Shown: positions 9,790 through 21,285, numbered from the stretch's first letter. The stretch is DNA of 64,000 nucleotides from Vulcanimicrobiota bacterium (GCA_963695225.1 OY968762.1:1248001-1312000), one strand, 5' to 3'. Made by a program: numbers and translations. The notes: generated from the letters alone by a model not told the origin.

Positions 9790-11103
9790 ATGCCGACCAC
9801 GATTACGATGCCGCAGCTCGGTGAATCCGTCACCGAGGGGACCGTCGCGCAATGGCTCAAGCAAGTGGGCGACACCGTCGAAAAGTACGAGGCGTTCGTC
9901 GAAGTCTCGACCGACAAGGTGAACGCCGAAGTGCCGGCGCCGGTCAGCGGAACGATCCGCGAACTCATCGTCAAGGAAGGCGAGACCGTTCCGACGGGCG
10001 CTCCGATCGCGATCATCGACGAAGCCCCGGCGGAGAGCGCCGCGCCGCCGGCAGCCCCCGCAGCGGGCGTCCCGGCGCCCGAAGTCCTCGCCGCGAACGT
10101 CACCGCGATCAACGCCGGCGCCCCCACTCATTCGGGGAACGGGTCGTCGCAGCATGCGCCGGAGGTGCTGCGCCGCGTTTCGCCTGCCGTGCGCCGCCTG
10201 GCCCGCGAACACGCGATCGATCTCGGCGGGGTCCGCGGGACGGGAACCGGCGGCCGCATCACGGCGAACGACGTCCTGGAAGCGGCCCGGACCTCCCCGC
10301 CCCCGGCCCTCCCTCCGGCCCCGGCGCCCGCCGCAACCGGCCGGCAAGCCGCGCCCGCTCCCGCCCGCGCCCCGGGCACGCCGAAGCCGACCTATGGAGC
10401 GCCCGTCCCGGGCGAGACGATTCCGCTCACGCACGCGCGCAAGCTCATCGCGCAGCGGATGCTCGAATCGAAGCGCACGGCCCCGCACGCCTGGACGATG
10501 GTCGAAGCCGACGTCAGCTCGCTGTGGGCCTGGCGAGAGCAAGAAAAGGAGCGCTTCCGGCGCAACCACGGCGCCCCGCTCACGCTCCTCCCCTTCTTCA
10601 TTCGCGCGGTCGTCGAGTCGCTGCGCGCTTTCCCGCTGATGAACGCGCGTTTCACCGACGAGGGCATCGTCGTCGAGAGATCGATCAACGTCGGCATCGC
10701 GATCGGCCTCGACACGAACCTGATCGTCCCGGTCGTCCGCGAGGCCGACACGCTTTCGATCACCGGCCTCGCGCTCGCGGCCGGGCGCCTCATCGAGTCG
10801 GCGCGCGGCGGGAAGCTGACGGCCGACGATCTCGTCGGCGGTACGTTCACCGTGAACAATACGGGCGCGAACGGCTCGATCATGTCGGCACCGATCATCA
10901 ACGGAGGCCAGGCCGGGATCGTGACGATGGAAGCCGTCGTCAAGCGCCCGGTCGTCGTCGCAGGCGACGCCATCGCCGTCCGATCGATGATGAACGTCTG
11001 TCTCTCGCTCGATCACCGCGTCGTCGACGGCGCGATCGCGAGCAGGTTCCTTGGCGACCTCAAAAAGCGTCTCGAAGGCATGGCGCCGGGAGGCCAACTC
11101 TAG
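9790..11103 (+). CDS. Dihydrolipoamide acyltransferase E2
   Basis: Lipoyl domain MPQLGESVTEGT...STDKV, E3-binding domain GTGTGGRIT, catalytic DHRVVDG. Confidence 0.96.
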   Translation: MPTTITMPQLGESVTEGTVAQWLKQVGDTVEKYEAFVEVSTDKVNAEVPAPVSGTIRELIVKEGETVPTGAPIAIIDEAPAESAAPPAAPAAGVPAPEVLAANVTAINAGAPTHSGNGSSQHAPEVLRRVSPAVRRLAREHAIDLGGVRGTGTGGRITANDVLEAARTSPPPALPPAPAPAATGRQAAPAPARAPGTPKPTYGAPVPGETIPLTHARKLIAQRMLESKRTAPHAWTMVEADVSSLWAWREQEKERFRRNHGAPLTLLPFFIRAVVESLRAFPLMNARFTDEGIVVERSINVGIAIGLDTNLIVPVVREADTLSITGLALAAGRLIESARGGKLTADDLVGGTFTVNNTGANGSIMSAPIINGGQAGIVTMEAVVKRPVVVAGDAIAVRSMMNVCLSLDHRVVDGAIASRFLGDLKKRLEGMAPGGQL

Positions 11104-11198
11104 ATTTCCTAGCCCTCCGTACCTCCTGTGTAAAATGGTCGTTAAGACCTATCGAGCAGGGAAGCTTAGACCGTATAGTAAGTGGGCAGGAGGTTCCA

Positions 11199-12536
11199 GT
11201 GTTCGACAGCGTCGCCGACGCGCAAGGATCGCGCGCGCAACGCCGTAACGCCGTTATAGCAACGGTCTGCTTGATCGTTGCCTCGGCTGCGGCGTATCCG
11301 TTCGCCAAGCACGGCTTCACCCCGGTGCCGGGGATGCCGCCCGTCTTCATCACGTTCTCGCTGTGCCTGGCGGCGGTCTCCGCGTTCGTCATCTCGACGC
11401 AATACGGGAGCACCCGCTCGAAGGCGCTCCTGATCCTCGCCTCCGGCTACGCGTTCATCGCGCTGCTCGCGCTCCCGGAGCTCTTCCTCGCGCTCGCGCG
11501 CTCGGCGGGCTACGCGATCGCTCCGGGCGCTCCGAGCATCCTCTCGCTGATCGCGCAGGCCGTCTTCGACGTTCACGTCTGCTGGTATCTGTACGCCCGC
11601 AATCGCAACGTGACGGTCCCGGCCGAGGGGGCGCGCCTCGTTGCGACCGTCTTCGCGATGCGCATCGGCGTCGTCGCGCTGCTCTCGACCGCCGTCGCCT
11701 TCGGCCCTTGGACGCTCCCGGCGGAGCCCGACATCGCAGGGTCGGTCGTCTGCGACCTCATCGCGCTCCTGGCGACGCTTCTCGCCTGGGGCTCAGCCTC
11801 GGTCCTCAACCGATGGCTCGTCACGGCGCTGGTCGCTTCGATTCTCGGCGAGGCATTCACGTACATCAGCGGCACGCGCTTCACGCTCGGCTGGTACGTC
11901 GCAAGCTCGATGCGTTTGATCGAGTACGGCATCGTGCTCGGAGCGTTCGTCACCGAAGTCTCGATCCGCTCGGGCGAACTCGCGTCGCTGGCCGCCGTCG
12001 ACGCATTAACCGGTCTTGCGAACCGCCGGCACCTCGACGAGCAGCTCGGACGCCTGCTCGCCGACGGCCGGCGCGCGGCCGACACGCTGTCGGTCTTGAT
12101 GATCGACATCGATCACTTCAAGCGTTTCAACGATCAATTCGGGCACGAGGCGGGAGATCTCGCGCTGCAAACCGTCGGTACGGCACTCAAACGCTCGGTC
12201 GGCCGCACCGGAGATTTCGCCGCCCGCTACGGCGGAGAGGAATTCGTCGTCCTGCTCACCGGCATCGATCGCCTCGGCGCGCTCGAGGTAGCGGAACGCC
12301 TGCGCGCGCACGTCGAGGAGATGCTCATCGCGCACGAGGGCGGCTCGCATCGCGTCACGATCTCGATCGGCATCGTCTCGATCAAGGACCGCGCCGGACT
12401 CGACCCGGCGGCGCTCCTACGGGAAGCCGACCGCGCGCTTTACACCGCGAAGGCGCTCGGCCGCAACCGCGTGCACGAGAATCGCATCTTCCCGAAGGGC
12501 CTCCGCCGCCGGACTGAGGACGTCGCGACCGCCTGA
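11199..12536 (+). CDS. Membrane-anchored diguanylate cyclase (multi-TM sensor + GGDEF)
   Basis: SD CAGGAGG before GTG 11199; several hydrophobic helices; DALTGLANRR, DIDHFKRFND, ARYGGEEF. Confidence 0.93.
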   Translation: MFDSVADAQGSRAQRRNAVIATVCLIVASAAAYPFAKHGFTPVPGMPPVFITFSLCLAAVSAFVISTQYGSTRSKALLILASGYAFIALLALPELFLALARSAGYAIAPGAPSILSLIAQAVFDVHVCWYLYARNRNVTVPAEGARLVATVFAMRIGVVALLSTAVAFGPWTLPAEPDIAGSVVCDLIALLATLLAWGSASVLNRWLVTALVASILGEAFTYISGTRFTLGWYVASSMRLIEYGIVLGAFVTEVSIRSGELASLAAVDALTGLANRRHLDEQLGRLLADGRRAADTLSVLMIDIDHFKRFNDQFGHEAGDLALQTVGTALKRSVGRTGDFAARYGGEEFVVLLTGIDRLGALEVAERLRAHVEEMLIAHEGGSHRVTISIGIVSIKDRAGLDPAALLREADRALYTAKALGRNRVHENRIFPKGLRRRTEDVATA

Positions 12537-12553
12537 GCGAAGGCGGGCACGTC

Positions 12554-12925
12554 GTGCAAATCCGAAAACACTTCACCTTCGAGGCCGCCCACGTGCTGCC
12601 GCACCATCCCGGGAAATGCAGCCGGCTTCACGGGCATTCGTATCGCCTCGAGGTTGCGGTCGAAGGCCCGCTCCACCGGAGCGGGCCGGCGAGCGGAATG
12701 GTCCTCGATTTCGACGAGCTCAAGTCGATCGTCGAGCGCACCGTGATCGAGCCGCTCGATCATCAATCGCTCAATGACGTCGTCGCGAATCCGACCGCCG
12801 AGTTGCTGGCGGCCTGGATTTGGGAGCAGCTCGCGCCGCAGCTGCCCGGCCTCGCGGAGGTCGTCCTCTGGGAGACGCCGACCGCGTGCGCGGTCCTGCG
12901 CGGTCCGCATGCTGCAACTCGCTGA
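12554..12925 (+). CDS. queD: 6-carboxy-5,6,7,8-tetrahydropterin synthase
   Basis: FEAAH, CSRLHGHSY, LDHQSLN, PTAE, LWETP. Confidence 0.93.
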   Translation: MQIRKHFTFEAAHVLPHHPGKCSRLHGHSYRLEVAVEGPLHRSGPASGMVLDFDELKSIVERTVIEPLDHQSLNDVVANPTAELLAAWIWEQLAPQLPGLAEVVLWETPTACAVLRGPHAATR

Positions 12926-13484
12926 GATCTTCTACAGCGTGCAAGGCGAGGGGACGCACGTCGGGACGCCCGCCGTCTTCGTGCGCCTCGCCGGATGCAA
13001 CCTGAACTGCCGCTTCTGCGATACGGACTACGCGCTAAAGTTCGTCGCGACGATCCCCGATGTCGTCGCGCGGGTCCGCGAGGCAGGCGGCGGCTGCCCG
13101 ATGGTCGTGCTGACGGGCGGCGAACCGCTCGCCCAGCGCGAGACGGCGCTCCTGATCGACGCGCTCCGTGCGGACGGGCGGCGCGTCCACATCGAGTCGA
13201 ACGGCTCGATCGCAATCGAGCTCCCGCGCGACGTCTGGCTGACGGTCTCGCCGAAGGAGCGGCTCGACCCCGCGATGGCAGTGCGGGCGAACGAAGTGAA
13301 GCTGATCGTCGACGGCCGGCTTCCGCACGAGTGGGACGGCGCGTTCCCGGCAGCGACGCCGCGCTTCCTGCAGCCCGAGGGAAACAAGCCGCGGAACGTC
13401 GCGCTCGCGCTCGAGGCCGCGAAGGCGGCGCCGGGGCGGTACCGGCTCTCGCTGCAGACGCACAAGTTCATCGGCGTCCGATGA
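12909..13484 (+). CDS. queE: 7-carboxy-7-deazaguanine synthase (radical SAM)
   Basis: EIFYSVQGEG, CNLNCRFCDT, LTGGEP, SPK, SLQTHK. Confidence 0.95.
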   Translation: MLQLAEIFYSVQGEGTHVGTPAVFVRLAGCNLNCRFCDTDYALKFVATIPDVVARVREAGGGCPMVVLTGGEPLAQRETALLIDALRADGRRVHIESNGSIAIELPRDVWLTVSPKERLDPAMAVRANEVKLIVDGRLPHEWDGAFPAATPRFLQPEGNKPRNVALALEAAKAAPGRYRLSLQTHKFIGVR

Positions 13485-14086
13485 TCCTCGTCGTCTGCGC
13501 CACCGAAGCGGAGCGGGCGCTCCTCCCCGAGCGCGCGGGGATCGAGGTCCTCGTCTGCGGGATCGGCCCGATCGAGGCGGCGGCCGCGACGGCCCGGGAG
13601 CTCGCGCGCGCGCCGTACGAGCTGGCGATCAGCGCCGGGATCGCCGGCGTCTTCCCGGGGCGCGGGGCGGTCGGCGACGCGTTCGCCGTCGCCGAAGCGC
13701 TGTACGCCGATCTCGAGCTCGAAGGGGGCGGTGCACTCCCCCTGACGCTTGCGGACCGGGCGGAGAGCAGTGCCGCCGCGCTCGCGCCGTTTCGCGAAGG
13801 GCGGATCGCGGCACGGATCGGGCGCGGGCTGACGACGGCGACGATCACCGCGAGCGACGAACGAGCGGCGCTCCTCGCGCGCCGCTTCGCCTGCGATCTG
13901 GAGGCGATGGAAGGCTTCGCCGTACTCCGCGCCGCCGCACTCGCCGGGGTCCCGGCGCTCGAGTTGCGCGGCATCTCGAACGTCGTCGGCGAGCGCGCGA
14001 CGAACGGCTGGGACTTCGCGCGCGGCGCGCGGGCGGCGGCGGACGTCCTAGCCGCGTTCCTGGACGTGTACGCGGCCGGGCGCTGA
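13481..14086 (+). CDS. mqnB: Futalosine hydrolase
   Basis: PNP/MTAN fold (GIGP, SAGIAG, EAMEG, ELRGISNVVG.R...W); directly upstream of mqnD. Confidence 0.88.
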   Translation: MILVVCATEAERALLPERAGIEVLVCGIGPIEAAAATARELARAPYELAISAGIAGVFPGRGAVGDAFAVAEALYADLELEGGGALPLTLADRAESSAAALAPFREGRIAARIGRGLTTATITASDERAALLARRFACDLEAMEGFAVLRAAALAGVPALELRGISNVVGERATNGWDFARGARAAADVLAAFLDVYAAGR

Positions 14087-14123
14087 GCGGGACGCGGCTC
14101 CGGCGCCGCGCAATTGGGGCTCC

Positions 14124-14987
<864 letters not shown>

Positions 14988-15180
14988 GCACGCCTTGCAG
15001 CGGGATCCGCCGCGCCGGTAACCTCCAGCACAGTTCCGCTTGCAAGGTAGGGTTTCGTAACCTCGATTGCGCATCAAAGCGGCCGTGCCCCGAACGTTCC
15101 GTCGCGCCGGCCCTCCGCATCCGTGCTGCCCCGTCTCTCGACCCGTTTCCGACCCGAGCGCTCAGGACGCGCGAACGGCG

Positions 15181-16659
15181 TTGCGCCGCGAGACGTTTCT
15201 GCGTTCGATGGCAGCCGCGGCGCTCGCCCCCCTGGCGCTCCCGGTGCTGCGCGAGGGCGCGCGGGCGGAGGCCCCGACGCTGCGGCCGGGCGGCACTCGG
15301 GTCTCCGGAGGCTTGCAGATCCTTGCTGGGAGCTTTCACAACCATAGCACCGACTCCGACGGCGACGCCTCGCCCAAGGCCATCGCCAAGTGGCTGTACA
15401 CCCACCGTCAGGAACTCGGCATCGACTTCGCCGGGCTCTGCGATCATTCGGATTTCTGGCCGTTCACCTATCGCGAGCCGTTCGGGCCCAGCGCCTGGAA
15501 GAAGCAGGCACGCATCGGCGACCAGTACGCGAGCCTAGGTTTTCCGTTCATCCGCGGTTTCGAGTACACGTCCGACGAGGAAAACCACGTCAGCGTCCTC
15601 GGGGCCTCGAGCTACCTCAAGGGGTTGCATCAAGGCGATCTCTCGATGAGCCCGCTCTATCGCTGGCTCGCGGGGCGCGACGCGATCTCGATCTTCAATC
15701 ATCCCAGCGCCAAGGGCGCACTTCAATGGGACGATCTCGCCTTCGCCTCGGAAGTCGCGGACAATTTCGCGGCCATCGAGATCGGCGGACAACCAGGCTT
15801 CGACGGCGCATCCCTCGCGCAGTCCGACGCCGGCTGGTACTGGCTCGCGCTCACGCGCGGCTGGACGGTCAGTCCCGTGATGAACTGGGACATGCACCAC
15901 TGGCGCAGGATCTTCAGGCAGACCGACGTCGGCGTGCGGGGTGGAGACGCGACCACGCTCCCGTGCCAGCGGACGCTCGTCCTCGCCGAGGCCGCGACGC
16001 CCGAGGCGATCGCGAAAGCGCTCGCGGCGCGGCGCACCTCGGCGACCGAGCATCCGAGCCTATGGGCGACGCTCCGCGCTCCCGGCGGGCTCTGGCAAGG
16101 CGGCACGGTCACGAGCGCCCGCGCGGGCCAGACGCTCTCGCTGACCGTGGAGGCCGGGTCGACGATCTGGCCGCTCGAGAGCGTCGAGATCATCTCCGAC
16201 AACGGGGTCGATCCGCACGGCTACTACGACGGCGAAAACTCGGCGCACCTTCGGCGCTCGGGGCCATATGCGCTCAGCTACCTCGAGCAGCACCGGCGCT
16301 TCGCCCATTCGTGCGGCTGCGCCGTCCGCAAGGCGCCGATCGACGGGCCGCCGGAGAATACGACGATCGCGAGCGTCCCGCTCCGGGGGGATCACGCTCT
16401 CCGAACGATCGACGTCACGATCCCGAACACGCCGAGCCTGCGCCCGGACGGCAAGCACTTCTTCTACGCGATCGTCCGCGCAGGTCAACTGCGTGCCTGG
16501 ACCGCGCCGATCTTCACCGATGACGGGACGCTTCGTGCAAGCGTCCCCCGGCCTGCGCAGCCGGCCAAAGCCGCAGCCGCGCCTTCTTCGAGCGAAGCAA
16601 CGCGTACGCTCGAGCCCGCGCCGGAGATCGCGCTAGGCGGGGCCGGCGCGATTCCGTAG
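15181..16659 (+). CDS. Exported PHP-like (CehA/McbA-type) metallohydrolase with Tat-like signal; start uncertain
   Basis: RRETFL twin-arginine N-terminus; HNHS..SDG, CDH, GFEYT, H, FNHP, DMH motifs. Confidence 0.8.
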   Translation: MRRETFLRSMAAAALAPLALPVLREGARAEAPTLRPGGTRVSGGLQILAGSFHNHSTDSDGDASPKAIAKWLYTHRQELGIDFAGLCDHSDFWPFTYREPFGPSAWKKQARIGDQYASLGFPFIRGFEYTSDEENHVSVLGASSYLKGLHQGDLSMSPLYRWLAGRDAISIFNHPSAKGALQWDDLAFASEVADNFAAIEIGGQPGFDGASLAQSDAGWYWLALTRGWTVSPVMNWDMHHWRRIFRQTDVGVRGGDATTLPCQRTLVLAEAATPEAIAKALAARRTSATEHPSLWATLRAPGGLWQGGTVTSARAGQTLSLTVEAGSTIWPLESVEIISDNGVDPHGYYDGENSAHLRRSGPYALSYLEQHRRFAHSCGCAVRKAPIDGPPENTTIASVPLRGDHALRTIDVTIPNTPSLRPDGKHFFYAIVRAGQLRAWTAPIFTDDGTLRASVPRPAQPAKAAAAPSSSEATRTLEPAPEIALGGAGAIP

Positions 16660-16670
16660 AATCTTCCGCG

Positions 16671-17234
16671 ATGAGGAGATCGCTCCGCACGCTGCTCGCT
16701 GCTCTCTTGATCGGAGGCGCCGTTTTCACGATGTCCAGCGAATCTTCTGCCGCAACGCTTCACCTCACGAGCCCCGCCTTCGCGGACGGCGCGACGCTGC
16801 CGCATTCGACGCTCTTCGACGGCTTCGGCGTCGGCGGCGGCAATAGGTCGCCCGCGCTCGCTTGGAGCGGCGCGCCGGCCGGAACGAAGAGCTTCGCGCT
16901 CACGGTCTTCGATCCGGATGCGCCGACGGGGCACGGCTTCACGCATTGGGTCGCCTTCAACATCCCGGGCGACGCGACGGGCCTTCCCGAGAACGCGGGG
17001 GCGGCGGGGAACACGCACGGCATCACGCTCGGACACACCGACTTCGGGACGAGCGCGTACGGCGGGGCCGCGCCGCCGCCCGGCGATCCGCCGCATCACT
17101 ACATCTTCACGCTCTACGCGCTCGACGTTCCGAAGCTCGACCTCGACTCGACGACGACGATCGCCCTCTTGAACTTCGCGATCCGCGGACACGTCCTCGC
17201 AAAGGCGACGCTGACCGGCCGCTTCGGCCGTTAG
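16671..17234 (+). CDS. YbhB/YbcL (PEBP) family secreted protein
   Basis: Signal peptide; SPALAW, DPDAP, FTHW, YGGAAPPPG, HHYIFTLYALD. Confidence 0.93.
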   Translation: MRRSLRTLLAALLIGGAVFTMSSESSAATLHLTSPAFADGATLPHSTLFDGFGVGGGNRSPALAWSGAPAGTKSFALTVFDPDAPTGHGFTHWVAFNIPGDATGLPENAGAAGNTHGITLGHTDFGTSAYGGAAPPPGDPPHHYIFTLYALDVPKLDLDSTTTIALLNFAIRGHVLAKATLTGRFGR

Positions 17235-17238
17235 CGGA

Positions 17239-18501
17239 GTGCACGTTCGAGCGAACGCACCGCGCGGCGCGCGCGCATTTGCGTGCGCCGCGGCGCTCGC
17301 GTGCGCGCTCGCCGCGGCGTTCGGCCGCGCGCCCGGCGCCGCTTCGCCGATGCCGCAGGCCGCCGTCACGCTCGGCGACGAGGTCTTCTTGCAGGACGCG
17401 TGGCGCGACTTGCAGGGCCGCTGCGTCGGGATCGTGACGAATCAGACGGGCGTCACCTCGCAGCTCGAATCGATCGTCGACGCGGCGCGCCGGAATCCGC
17501 AGATCTGCGTGAAGGCGATCTATTCCCCCGAACACGGCCTGCGCGGCGATCAGCCGGCCGGCGCGAACGTCGCGTCGTACGTCGACCCGCGCAGCGGGCT
17601 CCCGGTCTACAGTCTCTACGGCAAGACGCGGCACCCGACGGCGGAGATGCTCGACGGCGTCGACGTCCTGCTCTTCGACATCCAAGACGTCGGCGATCGC
17701 GCCTACACCTACGTCTCGACGATGGCCTACGTCATGCAGGCGGCCCGGGACTTCCACAAGGAGATCTGGATCCTCGACCGCCCGAATCCGCTCGGCGGCG
17801 AGATCGTCGAAGGCCCCGTCCTCGATCCGCGCTTCGCGTCGTTCGTCGGCCTCTATCCGATTGCGCTGCGGCACGGCATGACCGTCGGCGAACTCGCGCG
17901 GATGTTCAACCAAGAGTTCGGGATCGGCGCCGACTTGCGCGTCGTGCGGATGCGCGGCTGGAGGCGCAGCATGTTCTGGCCCGCGACGAGCCTCGCGTGG
18001 GTGCAGACCTCTCCGAACATCCCCGAGTGGGACACGACGCTCGTCTATCCGAGCACGGGCCTCATCGATGCAGCCGGGATCAACAACGGCGTCGGCTTCA
18101 CGAAGCCGTTCAAGTACGCAGGCGCCTGGGGGCTCGACGGCGCGCGGTTGGCGGACTATCTGAATGCGCGCCCGATCCCCGGCGTTTTCTTCCGCGCGGC
18201 CTCGTGGACGCCGGTCTCCGGCTTCTGGAGCGGGAAACAGCTCGGCGGGGTCGAGCTTGTCGTGACGAACCCGCGCACGTTCCGCGCCGTCCGCACCGCC
18301 GTCGAACTCCTGTGCGCCGTCCGCGAGATCGCCCCCGGCCTGCTCGCAATCCACGCCGATGCGCTCGATAAGGATTGGGGGACCGACGCACTCCGCCTCG
18401 GCCTCGCCGGCGGCCTCACCCCGGAGCAGATCGTGCGCACGTGGGAGCCCGAAACCCAACGCTTCCGCGCGTTGCGCACGCGTTTTCTGCTGTATCCGTG
18501 A
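17239..18501 (+). CDS. namZ: DUF1343 / NamZ-type exo-beta-N-acetylmuramidase
   Basis: TNQTG, SPEHGLRG, FDIQDVG.R.YTY, LDRPNPLGG, RHGMTVGELA, TSPNIP. Confidence 0.9.
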   Translation: MHVRANAPRGARAFACAAALACALAAAFGRAPGAASPMPQAAVTLGDEVFLQDAWRDLQGRCVGIVTNQTGVTSQLESIVDAARRNPQICVKAIYSPEHGLRGDQPAGANVASYVDPRSGLPVYSLYGKTRHPTAEMLDGVDVLLFDIQDVGDRAYTYVSTMAYVMQAARDFHKEIWILDRPNPLGGEIVEGPVLDPRFASFVGLYPIALRHGMTVGELARMFNQEFGIGADLRVVRMRGWRRSMFWPATSLAWVQTSPNIPEWDTTLVYPSTGLIDAAGINNGVGFTKPFKYAGAWGLDGARLADYLNARPIPGVFFRAASWTPVSGFWSGKQLGGVELVVTNPRTFRAVRTAVELLCAVREIAPGLLAIHADALDKDWGTDALRLGLAGGLTPEQIVRTWEPETQRFRALRTRFLLYP

Positions 18502-18574
18502 AGGCGGCGCCGGCCGGGCGCGCGAGCGGCCGGAGCGGTCCAGGAACGGCGCGCGCCCTCGCCAAGAACCCTCG

Positions 18575-20026
18575 ATGCAGCCCGATTCCCGTAAGCGCGC
18601 GGCGCTCCACGCTCGCCTCGCCGACGCGATCGGCCGCGATGCGGTGAAAACGCAACCGGAAGATCTCGCCGCGTACGCGTACGACGCGTTCAGCGAAGAG
18701 CAGCTGCCGAGCGCCGCCGTGATCCCGCGCGATGCGAAGGACGTCAGCGCGATCGTGCGCATCGCGCGCGACTTCCAGGAACCGCTCGTCCCGCGCGGTG
18801 CGGGGACGGGGCTCTGCGGCGGAGCGGTCCCGGTGCACGGCGGGATCGTGATCTCGTTCGCGCGGATGAATCGCATCCTCTCGTTCGACGCGGCGAACCG
18901 GCGCGCGCGCGTGCAACCCGGGACCGCGAACCTCGCGCTCTCGCTCGCGACGCAGCCGCTCGGCCTCTTCTTCGGGCCCGATCCTTCCAGCCAGAAGATC
19001 TCGACGCTCGGCGGGAACACCGCGACGAACGCGGGCGGCCCGCACGCGCTCTCCTACGGCTCGATGACGAACCACGTCCTCGGCGTCGAATTCGTCGATG
19101 CCGAGGGCGAGGTGCATTCCGTCTCGTGCGACGATGCGGGCTACGATCTCTCCGCCGCGTTCGTCGGCAGCGAAGGGACGCTCGGCATCATCACGGCGAT
19201 CGACCTGCGCCTCCTCCGTCTTCCCGCCGCAGTCCGCGTCTGCGTCGCGGCCTTCGGCGATATCGACAGCGCTTCGGCCGCCGTCTCGGCGATCGTCGGC
19301 GCGGGGATCGTCCCGACCGCGCTCGAGATCATGGATCGCGTGATCACGCAAGCGGTCGAGGCGCACTATCACGCGGGCTTCCCGACCGATGCGGGCGCGG
19401 TGCTGCTCGTCGAGATCGCCGGCGCCGGCGAGGACATGGCGGCCTCCGAAGCGGCGATCGCCTCGATTGCGAAAGCGCATGGCGGGCTCTCGTGGCGCAG
19501 CGCGCGGAGCGCGGCGGAGCGCGAAGCGCTCTGGGCCTCGCGCAAGGGCGCGGCCGGCGCGATCGGACGCATCGCGCCGAACTACTACATCCAAGACGCG
19601 ACGGTCCCGCGCACGAAACTCCCCGAAGCCGTCCGCGCCGTCGACGCCGTCTCGCGAGAGCACGGCCTCGCGGTCGGCAACGTCTTCCACGCAGGGGACG
19701 GCAACCTGCATCCGCTGCTCCTGTTCGATCGTCGCGAGCGCAAGCAGATCGAAGCGGTATTCGCGGCGGGAACCGACATCCTGACCGCCTGCATCGCGCT
19801 CGGCGGAACGATCTCCGGCGAACACGGCATCGGTTTCGAAAAGCGCGAGTCGCTCTCGAAGGTCTTCTCGAGCGACGATCTCGCGACGATGGGGCGCGTC
19901 CGCGAGGTGTTCGATCCCCGGCGGCTCTTCAACCCGGACAAGATCTTCCCGAGCGGTGCGGTCTGCGGCGAGGTGCGTGCGGGCCTCGCCGCAACGCCCG
20001 TGGCAGGCGTAGCGAGCGGCGAATGA
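18575..20026 (+). CDS. glcD: FAD-linked oxidase, glycolate oxidase GlcD-like
   Basis: PRGAGTGLCGG, PDPSS, NAGGPH, GSEGTLG, HAGDGNLHP, ISGEHGIG. Confidence 0.9.
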   Translation: MQPDSRKRAALHARLADAIGRDAVKTQPEDLAAYAYDAFSEEQLPSAAVIPRDAKDVSAIVRIARDFQEPLVPRGAGTGLCGGAVPVHGGIVISFARMNRILSFDAANRRARVQPGTANLALSLATQPLGLFFGPDPSSQKISTLGGNTATNAGGPHALSYGSMTNHVLGVEFVDAEGEVHSVSCDDAGYDLSAAFVGSEGTLGIITAIDLRLLRLPAAVRVCVAAFGDIDSASAAVSAIVGAGIVPTALEIMDRVITQAVEAHYHAGFPTDAGAVLLVEIAGAGEDMAASEAAIASIAKAHGGLSWRSARSAAEREALWASRKGAAGAIGRIAPNYYIQDATVPRTKLPEAVRAVDAVSREHGLAVGNVFHAGDGNLHPLLLFDRRERKQIEAVFAAGTDILTACIALGGTISGEHGIGFEKRESLSKVFSSDDLATMGRVREVFDPRRLFNPDKIFPSGAVCGEVRAGLAATPVAGVASGE

Positions 20027-21285
20027 AACTCACGCTCCCCGACCCCGCCCAGTTCGCGCTCGACGGCAAGCTGCCGTCGCGCATCGTCACTCCGGCTTCG
20101 CCCGAAGAGCTCTCCGCGACGTTGCGCGCCTGCGACGCCGCGGGCGAAGCGGTCGTCGCGTTCGGCGGCGGGACGCTCCAAGGCGTCGGGTACGCCCCAG
20201 CGCGGTACGACGTCGCGATCGGCCTCGGCGCGCTCGACCGGACGCTAGAGTACGAGTATCGCGATCTGACGATCGCGGTCGAAGCAGGGATGACCGTCGG
20301 CGCCTTCGAGCGGACGCTCGCGAAGAACGGTCAGTTCGTCCCGCTCGACGTTCCGCGCCGCTCAGCGAGCACGGTCGGCGGAGCGATCGCGGCCGGCTGG
20401 CTCGGGCCGCGCCGCGCGGCGTACGGGCGTCCGCGCGATCTGCTCATCGGGACGGCGGTGGTCCTCGCCGACGGGACGATCGCGAAAGCCGGAGGGATGG
20501 TCGTCAAGAATTCGACCGGCTACGATCTGAGCCGCCTCTACGCGGGCTCCTTCGGAACGCTCGCGGTCCTCGTGCGCACGAATTTCAAGACGAAGCCGCT
20601 CCCCGCGCTGCAGCGCATCGCGCTCGCGCCGCTCCCCGAAGGGACGCGCGAACGCGCCGCTGCGCACGTTCTCGCGCTCGAGATCGAGCCGGCGGCCGCA
20701 CTCATCATCGGCGGATTCGCCGGGGAGATCGAAGGGCGCGACGGCATCGACGGCCGCATCCTGCTCTTGTTCGAAGGCTCCGAGCGCGCGGTCGAACGCG
20801 CGACGCGCGACGTCCGCTCTGCGCTCGGCGCCGCGGGCGTTCCGGAGACGGCGCTCGTCGACCGCGGCGCGGGCGAGGTGCTGCAGCGCGCGATCGACGC
20901 GTACATCGCTCCCTACGGCGCGTCCGTGACGTACCGCATCGGCGGCCTGCCGAGCGATGCGCTCCAGCGCGAGCGTTCCGTCGGTCTGCTCGTGCAACGG
21001 CACGGTCTCGCCTACGAATCGATCTGCGACGTGCGGACGGGCGATCTGATCGCGCGCGTCGCCGGGGAAGACGACGCGCATCTCGACGGAGCGATCGTCC
21101 CGTTCGACGAGGCGCTGCACGGCGCAAACCCGCGCGCGACGGTCCTCGCGGCGCCCGCCGGCGTGCGCGAGCGGCTCGCCGTCTGGGGCGCACCGCCGGC
21201 CGCGCTCGAGCGGATGCGCGAGCTCAAGCGCCGCTTCGACCCCAACGGGACGCTCGCGCCGGGCCGCTTCGTCGGCGGGATCTAG
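20023..21285 (+). CDS. glcE: FAD-binding oxidoreductase, GlcE-like
   Basis: ATGA overlap with glcD; STVGG, GGMVVKNSTGYDL, KRRFDP.GTLAPGRF. Confidence 0.87.
   Translation: MKLTLPDPAQFALDGKLPSRIVTPASPEELSATLRACDAAGEAVVAFGGGTLQGVGYAPARYDVAIGLGALDRTLEYEYRDLTIAVEAGMTVGAFERTLAKNGQFVPLDVPRRSASTVGGAIAAGWLGPRRAAYGRPRDLLIGTAVVLADGTIAKAGGMVVKNSTGYDLSRLYAGSFGTLAVLVRTNFKTKPLPALQRIALAPLPEGTRERAAAHVLALEIEPAAALIIGGFAGEIEGRDGIDGRILLLFEGSERAVERATRDVRSALGAAGVPETALVDRGAGEVLQRAIDAYIAPYGASVTYRIGGLPSDALQRERSVGLLVQRHGLAYESICDVRTGDLIARVAGEDDAHLDGAIVPFDEALHGANPRATVLAAPAGVRERLAVWGAPPAALERMRELKRRFDPNGTLAPGRFVGGI

Noticed and set aside
9852..11198. 894-aa ORF appearing to extend the GGDEF protein across E2
   Set aside because: The N-terminal half is an Arg-rich shadow frame of E2; the real gene has its own SD and GTG at 11199
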